Shown: piece by piece, positions 45,144 to 52,398 of the stretch
Layout: each line of letters begins with the position of its first letter
Position numbering within the stretch: the stretch's first letter is position 1
Origin: an uncultured Rhodoferax sp.
Lineage (GTDB): Bacteria > Pseudomonadota > Gammaproteobacteria > Burkholderiales > Burkholderiaceae_C
Reading direction: 5' to 3'
Assembly: GCA_964538895.1 (NCBI GenBank)
Contig: CAZIGL010000002.1
Span: 141,931 to 205,930 of the forward strand
Length of the DNA stretch: 64,000 nucleotides
The notes under the pieces: generated by a model
Databases searched by the model: none
What the model saw: only the letters and a program-made list of their open reading frames with translations
Told to the model about the DNA's origin: nothing
Program-made: the position numbers and the translations under genes

Positions 45144-45225
45144 CCGAAGCCACCATCATCTGCTCCAACGGCAGAACATGAGGCTGACAGACTACTTTGC
45201 GTCTGCGCAAGGCTGACTTGCCGCG

Positions 45226-46614
45226 CTAAAGCAAGCGTCCCCAGCGCTGCGCGATCCACTCCTTGAGCTTGAAATGCAGTGGCCGCTTGGCCCAGGCTTG
45301 CGGGGTGATGCGCTGTGAGGCGTCCAGGTCTTGCTGGTGCATGGCCTGCATCTGGGCGGCAAATTCTCGCCCCAGCACCACGGCGTTGACTTCGTCGTTG
45401 TCCAGAAAGCTGCGCCAGTCCAGGTTGGTGGAACCCACGGTGGACCAGACGCCGTCAATCACCGCCGTCTTGGCGTGCAGTAGCGCGCCCTGGCGCTCGT
45501 AAACTTGCACGCCGCCGTCCAGCAGTTCGGCGTAATGCGCGCGCCCGGCATGAAACACCAGCTCCGAGTCGGAGTGGCTGGGCAATATGAGCTGCACCTG
45601 CACCCCGCGCGCGGCGGCACCGGTGAGCGCGTTCAACAACTGCGGGTCGGGCACAAAGTAGGCGTTGGTCAGGTGGACCGTTTTTTCGGCATTGCCAATG
45701 GCCGAGATCAGCGTCAGGTAGATCAGGCTGTAGGGGTCGTCGGGCGTGCTGCCAATGGCACGCACGATGTCTTTGCCCTGCGGCGTGAGTTTGGGGAAAT
45801 AGGCTTTGGCCGCCAGCTTGGGCGCTTTTTGTTTTTCCCAGGTCTGCAGGAACAATTTCTGGAATTCGGCCACCACCGGGCCTTCAATTTTCAGGTCGGT
45901 GTCGCGCCACACCACGCCCTCAGGCTGGGGTTTGGGCGCGCGCTTGAGAATCGACCCCGAGGCATAGACATTGCTGATGTTGATGCCGCCCAGTATGACC
46001 GAGCGGCCGTCGACGATGAGCAGTTTGCGGTGGTCCCGGTTGTTGATTTTCCACGGCCCCCTGGCGGTCAGGGGGTTGATGGGGTTGAACTCCAGCACGG
46101 CGATGCCAGCCTTGGCAAGGCGATCGAAAAACGCCTTGGGGGTGTTGATGCCGCCCACGCTGTCGTAGATCAGGTTGACCTGCACGCCACGCGCTTGGGC
46201 GGCCAGCAGCAGGGTGGAAAAATCTTCGCCGGTGGCGTCGTCCTCAATGATGTAAGTTTCCAGATTGATGTGGTCTTTGGCCTGGCGGATGGCGCCGAAC
46301 ATGGCGGCGAAGGTGGCGGCGCCGTCCTGCAGCAGGCTGACCTTGTTGCCCAATACCAGGGGGCTGTCGCTGATGGCTTGCTCCAGCGCCATTTGTTTTT
46401 CCAGAATGTCGAGGTCGCCCGACTTGCGCTGCAGGCTGGCAAGAATGGCGGCGTTTTGCCTGGCCGAGACCGGGCCACGCGCGGTCTCGAAGTTGGCCTG
46501 TTGTGCGCTGTGGCGTGCAATCAGGGCGTCGGTGTCAGGCAAAGTGTCGCAGCCCGCCAGCGCCAAACTGGTCAGCAAGCCCGCCAAAAGCGGGCCAATT
46601 CGATTTTTTGACAT
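45226..46614 (-). CDS. phospholipase D / cardiolipin synthase-family lipoprotein (two HKD motifs)
   Basis: ORF 45226..46635. ATG 46614 gives MSKNRIGPLLAGLLTSLALAGC (lipobox). HKD motifs HRKLLIVDG and HAKTAVIDG. The start overlaps the asmA-family stop (TAATG). Confidence 0.88.
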   Translation of the reverse strand: MSKNRIGPLLAGLLTSLALAGCDTLPDTDALIARHSAQQANFETARGPVSARQNAAILASLQRKSGDLDILEKQMALEQAISDSPLVLGNKVSLLQDGAATFAAMFGAIRQAKDHINLETYIIEDDATGEDFSTLLLAAQARGVQVNLIYDSVGGINTPKAFFDRLAKAGIAVLEFNPINPLTARGPWKINNRDHRKLLIVDGRSVILGGINISNVYASGSILKRAPKPQPEGVVWRDTDLKIEGPVVAEFQKLFLQTWEKQKAPKLAAKAYFPKLTPQGKDIVRAIGSTPDDPYSLIYLTLISAIGNAEKTVHLTNAYFVPDPQLLNALTGAAARGVQVQLILPSHSDSELVFHAGRAHYAELLDGGVQVYERQGALLHAKTAVIDGVWSTVGSTNLDWRSFLDNDEVNAVVLGREFAAQMQAMHQQDLDASQRITPQAWAKRPLHFKLKEWIAQRWGRLL

Positions 46615-48569
46615 TATTTTTTCCCTTGCAGCCATTGCGCACAGTCGCTGTCCTGGCCCGGTCCGGGATCGATCAGGGGGATCAAGGCCAGCAGCGGGTT
46701 GATGGCGCCCAGCGCAAGCGCGCCCAAGGCGCGCGCTGCCACTCGGCCCCGGTCAACCGCAATGACAGGTTTGGCAAAGTTGCCGCTGATGCGGATCGGG
46801 CTGGGCAAGGCCAGCGGGCTGGTGTTCTTGGTTTTTTGGGTCAGGGTCAAGTTCAACTTTTCCTGTGCCAGATCGATGTTGCCGCTGAAGAACAGCGTGG
46901 TGACTTCGGTGTCGAGCAGCAAGGTGTCGACCCGCATGTCGCCGGCCTTGACATCAAGATGGGCCACCCCGCAGCGCAGTTTGATTTGCTTGTCGCCGGT
47001 AAGCGTCAGCCGAAAGATTTCCCAAAGGTGCAGCCCGGCTTTTTCCATGGTGAGCTGGCTGATCTCACCACCCGACAACAGCACGGCGACGTTGCCGTTG
47101 GCGTTGGCCAGCATGGTGCCCACCGAGTTGCCACTGCCAGTCAGATTGATCTGGCCGCCGAGCAGGCTTCTGCTGGCATTGCCTTGTTGATCGGCTGGCA
47201 GCAACTTGGCCAGCGCCAGGCGCTTGAGTTGCAACTGGGTCGTGGCCTGGATCGGGTTCTGGCGCCCATCCAGCACGAGCTTGGCATTGATCTGCCCGCC
47301 TGCCACGGCAAACTGGAGCGGCTCCAAAGTGAGCACCGAATCTTTCAGGCTCAAATGGGTGCTGATGGCTTCGAGCGGCATGTAGCTGGCCTGGCGCATG
47401 GATTTGGCGCTGAACTTGACCTCGGCATCCAGCGTATCCCAGTTCGCAATCTTGAAGGGCAGGTCAGGAATCACGCGCTTGGCCTTGGGTGTGATGCCCC
47501 CGGCGCTGCCGGTCTGTTCGACCGCCTTGATGGCGGCATCGAGATGGCCGAGGCGCGCGCCAATCACCGGGCCCAGGTCTTCCAGAGTGAGTTGGTTCGA
47601 AACCAGATCAGCGGTGAGCAAGGGCCGCTTGCCGCCTGTTTTGACCTGCCACCAGCCTACCAGGTCGCTGGTGCCCACCCGCCCCGAGAACGCGTTGTAG
47701 CGCAGTGTGTTGCCCTTGCGTACCAAGTGCCCCTGGGCGACATAGTCACCCGTGACGGGCAGGGCAATACCGGTCAGGGTGAGCAACTGGTTCAGGTTGT
47801 CGCCGCTGAGCGCCAGTTGCATGTCGATCGCGCTGAACTTGATCAGGCTGGTGACGTGGCCCTCAGCCTGAATTCGGGTTTGGCCCACCGTGGTGTCAAT
47901 GGTCAGGCCGTAGGGCGTGCTCTCATCGCGCAGGGCCAGCACCGAATCCCCCATGCCTTTGGCGACAAGGGGCAGACCCTTGTATTTGCCTTTGGCGCTG
48001 AAGGAGACGCCGGGTGTTGCTTCACCCTTGGCTGCTTTGGCCAGACTGGAGAGCTCGGCGCGGATGCTGGTCTGGCTGGCCACGTCGTCAAAGCCGATCA
48101 CACCCTGGTCGAGGGTGAGGCGGTCGATGTCGATTCTGGCTTTCTCGTCTTTCTGGTTGAGGTCGAGTAGCCAGGACTTGCGGTCATCGGCGTGGCGCTC
48201 CAGAAAAACAAGGGGCTTGACCAGGTGCAGGTCGGACACCACCAGGCGCTGCGCCAGCAATTGCGGCAAGTGGACGGACAGAGCCACTTCGTCGGCCTTA
48301 AGCATATTGGCCTGGGCAGCCCAGGCCGGGTTGGCAAAAGTGACTTGGGCGGCATGCAAGCGCGGCCAGGGCCAGCCCAGCGCCACATCGAGGTCGCCTT
48401 TGATCTGCAGTGCCCGCCCGGTTTGCTCCAGCACCTTTTTTTCAATCGGCGCGCGCAACCAGTTCCAGCCAAACAGGGCGGCAAACAAGGCAGCCGCGAT
48501 GACGACGGCCAGTACCAAACTGGCCGTCCATTTGAGCGTACGCAACAGGATCGAAGCAGGGGATTGCAA
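46614..48569 (-). CDS. AsmA-family protein
   Basis: N-terminal TM anchor (WTASLVLAVVIAAALFAALFGW) followed by a long beta-rich periplasmic region, 651 aa. Confidence 0.8.
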   Translation of the reverse strand: MQSPASILLRTLKWTASLVLAVVIAAALFAALFGWNWLRAPIEKKVLEQTGRALQIKGDLDVALGWPWPRLHAAQVTFANPAWAAQANMLKADEVALSVHLPQLLAQRLVVSDLHLVKPLVFLERHADDRKSWLLDLNQKDEKARIDIDRLTLDQGVIGFDDVASQTSIRAELSSLAKAAKGEATPGVSFSAKGKYKGLPLVAKGMGDSVLALRDESTPYGLTIDTTVGQTRIQAEGHVTSLIKFSAIDMQLALSGDNLNQLLTLTGIALPVTGDYVAQGHLVRKGNTLRYNAFSGRVGTSDLVGWWQVKTGGKRPLLTADLVSNQLTLEDLGPVIGARLGHLDAAIKAVEQTGSAGGITPKAKRVIPDLPFKIANWDTLDAEVKFSAKSMRQASYMPLEAISTHLSLKDSVLTLEPLQFAVAGGQINAKLVLDGRQNPIQATTQLQLKRLALAKLLPADQQGNASRSLLGGQINLTGSGNSVGTMLANANGNVAVLLSGGEISQLTMEKAGLHLWEIFRLTLTGDKQIKLRCGVAHLDVKAGDMRVDTLLLDTEVTTLFFSGNIDLAQEKLNLTLTQKTKNTSPLALPSPIRISGNFAKPVIAVDRGRVAARALGALALGAINPLLALIPLIDPGPGQDSDCAQWLQGKK

Positions 48570-48630
48570 TGGAAAACCCTATGAATTGAGGAAGTGACAG
48601 CGCAATTCAAGTTTACTTGGTCGTATGGAC

Positions 48631-48658
48631 CTGGTCAGTGCGTTGACGCACTGACCAG
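48631..48658. promoter_or_regulatory. 28-bp palindrome CTGGTCAGTGCG-ttga-CGCACTGACCAG in a divergent promoter region
   Basis: 12-bp perfect arms read directly. Lies between the asmA-family start (48569) and the 48709 gene. Confidence 0.45.
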
Positions 48659-48708
48659 ACACACCCATTGCGCGAGCATGTCTTTTTTAAACTTTTGAGA
48701 AAATCCAT

Positions 48709-49104
48709 TTGAAACATACAAAGATAGCGCGTTCGTTGCTGCTTTCCCTGGCCCTGGTCGCGGGCTCCACGGCCTTTGCCCAGATCAGTTTCAACATCGT
48801 GGTGGCGCCACCCGCACCGCTGAATGAGGTGGTGCCCATCACGCAGCCTGGTTACGCCTGGGCCCCAGGCTATTGGGCCTGGAACAATGACCGCCACATC
48901 TGGGTGCGCGGCCGTACCATCGTTCAACGTGACGGCTATCTCTGGGTGCCTGACCGCTGGTTGCAGCAGGGCGATACCTATGTGCGCCAGCCGGGCCGTT
49001 GGGAGCGCAGCCTGGAGGCCAAGCCACCCAAGTACAAAAAAGTGAAAAAACCCAAACACGACAACGGCCGTCGCAACAGCGGCAAGAACGGTAAAGGCAA
49101 CTAA
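48709..49104 (+). CDS. secreted YXWGXW-repeat protein with Lys-rich tail
   Basis: Signal peptide, then YAWAPGYWAW, HIWVRGR and YLWVPDRW repeats. Apparent TTG start. Confidence 0.7.
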   Translation: MKHTKIARSLLLSLALVAGSTAFAQISFNIVVAPPAPLNEVVPITQPGYAWAPGYWAWNNDRHIWVRGRTIVQRDGYLWVPDRWLQQGDTYVRQPGRWERSLEAKPPKYKKVKKPKHDNGRRNSGKNGKGN

Positions 49105-49268
49105 GCCCCAAAAGAAGTAGCCCCGTGATCCGATAGGCGAATCATGGGGCTGCAAGCTCTTTGGCCAGGCTCAGGCGCAGGTCAATTTCACCGCTATGTC
49201 TTGCGGTGCCACGCGGTGGTGGTCTGTGCATTGTTGTGGATAAAAATCAGGTTCATGATGGCTCATGC

Positions 49269-49583
49269 TCAAGGACGAATGGCGATTTCGTTTTTCACAG
49301 CCTTGACGTTATTGACGCCGCGGGCAATGTTTTCAGCGGCGGATTTTTCTGTGAGGCTTTTGGCAAAGCCCGACAGCATCACGGTGCCGTTGAGGGTTTC
49401 AACGCTGATGGACGTGGCACTCACCAGCTTGCTCTCGGCCATGCGGGTCTTGATCAGGGTGGTGATGCCGGTGTCATCCACATAGGCGCCAACGGTTTCC
49501 TGGCCACGCGTGACGGCGCAGCCGGCAGTGGTCAGCAGGGCGGCGGCCATCATGGCGGCGACGAGGGTGGTTCGAATTTGCAT
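49269..49583 (-). CDS. BON-domain lipoprotein (OsmY-like)
   Basis: MQIRTTLVAAMMAAALLTTAGC followed by ISVETLNGTVMLSGFA...GVNNVKAVKNEI. Confidence 0.85.
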   Translation of the reverse strand: MQIRTTLVAAMMAAALLTTAGCAVTRGQETVGAYVDDTGITTLIKTRMAESKLVSATSISVETLNGTVMLSGFAKSLTEKSAAENIARGVNNVKAVKNEIAIRP

Positions 49584-49705
49584 ATAAATCTCCATGGGGT
49601 ATTGATGGTGTAAGCCCCACCACCTCTGGGCGAAACGCCGGGTCGCTCCCGGTCGATGGTTTGACTTTAAGATTTGTCCGCCCGGGTGTCAGTGCGCTGG
49701 CACAC

Positions 49706-52351
49706 TTAAGAAATCGAACCCGTCTGATCGACGCTTTTTTGATGCGTTTGTGTTGTGTTTTGAGGCAACGGAACCACAAAACAATGCGCGCCTGTCAGCT
49801 CGGGCCAGTGCAGCAGCTCACCCACCTGCAGCAGTTGTGCGCCCGGCACGGCAGCCACCTGCAGCGCGTCAGCACTGCTGGCGCGGATCAAAATAAAGCG
49901 CAGGCTGCACTGCCCACGCACCAGCGTCAGCTCGGCTTGGGGCCAGTGCGAGGGCAGGCAAGGGGTGAAGCTGAGGGTCCGGGCGCCTTGCGTCAGGCCA
50001 AACATCGACGCAATCGCTGCGCGGTGCAGCCAGGCGGCGGCACCCGTGTACCAGCTCCAGCCGCCGCGCCCCTTGTGTGGTGGCTGGCTGTAGATGTCGC
50101 CCGCCATCACATAAGGCTCAATGCCATACGCGGGACCCCGGGTGGGGTGGTTGGCGCGGTACGCCGGGCTCAGGTAAGTGAAGTAGCGGTAAACCGTGTC
50201 ACCGGCGCGCTCGGCTGCCGCTGGCGTGTACGCCACACCCTGGTCGGCCATTTGGTGGGCCAGTTCGGCCTGCGCCATCAGCGCCCACACCCCCGCATGA
50301 GAATACTGGCCGCCGTTTTCACGGATGCCTGGCGGGTAGGCCTGGATGTAACCCGCGCTGGGCTCGGCATGCACCAGCGGCGGGTCCAGCAGCTTGATCA
50401 GGCCTGCATCCGCGTCAACCAGATGCGCCTCCACGGCGGTCATGGCCATTTGCTGCTGCGCCAGCGGCGCGCCGTGCGACAACACAGACCAGGCCTGCGC
50501 GATCAGGTCTATCCTGGCTTCCGGATTGCGCCGTGAGCCCAGCGCCTGGCCGTCGTCAAAATAGGCGCGTTTGAACCATTGGCCGTCCCAGGCTTCGCCG
50601 TTCAAGGCGGCCTGCCAGCCGGTGGCGGCGTGTTGCCAGCGTGCGGCGCGCTCAAGCTCGCCGCGCTGTTGGGCCAGCGGCGCAAAGTCAGCCACCAGTC
50701 GGCATAAAAACCAGCCCAGCCAGACCGACTCGCCCCGGCCTTCAATGGCGACCCGGTTCATGCCGTCGTTCCAGTCGCCACTGCCCATCAGCGGCAGGCC
50801 ATGCGCGCCCACGCTCAAGCTGCGGTCAATGGCCCGGGCCGCGTGTTCAAACACTGAGGCCTGCTGCGCACTGATGCTGGGGGTGTAGTAGGCATCTTCG
50901 GCACCATCGGGGATCTCGGGGCCTTCCAAAAACGCCACTTGCTCATCGAGCAAGCTGGTGTCGCCGGTGGCCTTGAGGTAGTGCACACAAGCGTGCGCCA
51001 GCCACAGCAGGTCGTCAGAAAAATGGGTGCGCACGCCGTTGCCCAGCGGCGCGTGCCACCAGTGTTGTACGTCGCCGGGCTCAAACTGGCGCGATGCGCA
51101 CAGCACAATTTGCGTGCGCAATATGGCAGGTGCCGCCCAGGCCAAGGCCATGGCATCTTGCAATTGGTCACGAAAACCCGTGGCGCCGCCGGCCTGGTAA
51201 AACCCGGCCTTGGCCCACAGGCGGCAGGCCACGGTTTGGTACAGCAGCCAGTGGTTGACCATGGCGTCAAACAGCGCGTCAGGGGTTTTGACCGTGGTGG
51301 CACCCAGCAGGGTTTGCCAGTGCTGGCGCACCTGTTCCAGTCGCTGCGGGGCTGGCGTTTGCGTGGCCAGCGTGGCCAATTGGCGGGCGGCCTCGGCGCT
51401 GTCGGCGTAGCCCAGAAAAAAACTGTGTGTCAGCGCCTGGCCACTGACCAGGGTGAACTGGGTGGACAAGGCGGCGCAGGGGTCCAGGCCTTCGCCGCTG
51501 TGCTGGCCAAAGTGGTCTGGCATGACCAGGCGCCCGCGCGCGTCGAAGCATTCACGGCGGTCGCAGGTCCAGTCTTCAGGGTCATCTGCGGCATGGGTCA
51601 TGGCAAAAAAGGCGGTGCCGCCACCAAAACCGGCCATGGCCTCACGCTGGGTGCTCAGCAAAGCGGTCAGTTTTTGTTGTTGCGCAGGCAGGCGTTGGTG
51701 AAAGGCGGCGGTGCGCACCGTGGCGCGGTCGCTGCGGTTGGCGCCCATCAGCCATTCCACCATGCCGATGGCGCGCAGGTGCCGGGTTTTTGGCCCGTGG
51801 TTGACCAGCGTGAGCGTGATTTGCTTGACCCGGGTGTGGGCGTCCACACACCAGCTGACGCTGATGGCAAGGGCGTCACGCTGATGGCTGATGGTGGTAA
51901 CCCCCTGGCCGTGCGTGACCTGAAAGCGCAGCCCCGCGTCGCTGCTGGCTGACGGGGTGAGTGGCCACAGCGCCAGGGTTTTGCGGTCTTGCAGCAAAAA
52001 CCATTCCGATGCGGGGTCGCCCACCGGGTCGTTGGACCAGGCGGTGAGCTGGTTCAGGCGGCTGTTGAGCGCCCAGGTGTAGCCGCCGCCGGCCTCGGAA
52101 ATATGGGCGCCAAAGTCGGGGTTGGCCAGCACATTGATCCAGGGCCGCGCCGGGCGCACGCTGGCACTGACGACAAAGCTGAAGTCGCCGCTGTTGGCGG
52201 CAAATTGGCCCTGAGAGGGCGTGTCGGTGGCGCTCTGCCGCTGGCTTTGCTTGCGCGGCACAAGCAGTGCTGCGCTTGAGGTCTCATGCCGTGCCAGCAG
52301 GTCTTGTTCGTGCTGGCGGTTGGTGATGGGCCAGCGCAGTGATGGCGCCAA
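49706..52351 (-). CDS. GH94-type glycoside phosphorylase (cellobiose/chitobiose phosphorylase-like; resembles the C-terminal domain of cyclic beta-1,2-glucan synthase)
   Basis: PWINVLANPDFGAHISEAGGGYTWALNSRLNQLTAWSNDPV..., FRDQLQD, GSGDWNDGMN. Start is uncertain (TTG at 52351). Confidence 0.8.
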   Translation of the reverse strand: MAPSLRWPITNRQHEQDLLARHETSSAALLVPRKQSQRQSATDTPSQGQFAANSGDFSFVVSASVRPARPWINVLANPDFGAHISEAGGGYTWALNSRLNQLTAWSNDPVGDPASEWFLLQDRKTLALWPLTPSASSDAGLRFQVTHGQGVTTISHQRDALAISVSWCVDAHTRVKQITLTLVNHGPKTRHLRAIGMVEWLMGANRSDRATVRTAAFHQRLPAQQQKLTALLSTQREAMAGFGGGTAFFAMTHAADDPEDWTCDRRECFDARGRLVMPDHFGQHSGEGLDPCAALSTQFTLVSGQALTHSFFLGYADSAEAARQLATLATQTPAPQRLEQVRQHWQTLLGATTVKTPDALFDAMVNHWLLYQTVACRLWAKAGFYQAGGATGFRDQLQDAMALAWAAPAILRTQIVLCASRQFEPGDVQHWWHAPLGNGVRTHFSDDLLWLAHACVHYLKATGDTSLLDEQVAFLEGPEIPDGAEDAYYTPSISAQQASVFEHAARAIDRSLSVGAHGLPLMGSGDWNDGMNRVAIEGRGESVWLGWFLCRLVADFAPLAQQRGELERAARWQHAATGWQAALNGEAWDGQWFKRAYFDDGQALGSRRNPEARIDLIAQAWSVLSHGAPLAQQQMAMTAVEAHLVDADAGLIKLLDPPLVHAEPSAGYIQAYPPGIRENGGQYSHAGVWALMAQAELAHQMADQGVAYTPAAAERAGDTVYRYFTYLSPAYRANHPTRGPAYGIEPYVMAGDIYSQPPHKGRGGWSWYTGAAAWLHRAAIASMFGLTQGARTLSFTPCLPSHWPQAELTLVRGQCSLRFILIRASSADALQVAAVPGAQLLQVGELLHWPELTGAHCFVVPLPQNTTQTHQKSVDQTGSIS

Positions 52352-52398
52352 CCGGCGTCGGTGCGTTGGCGCACGCAGCCAGACCAGAACGAACGGTT

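Noticed and set aside
46503-48170. 555-aa ORF antisense to the asmA-family gene. Similar long antisense ORFs lie at 7511..8686, 28295..29515, 45505..46611, 49661..51952 and 59463..61199.
   Set aside because: All lie opposite confidently called genes and have antisense-type composition. None was counted as a gene.
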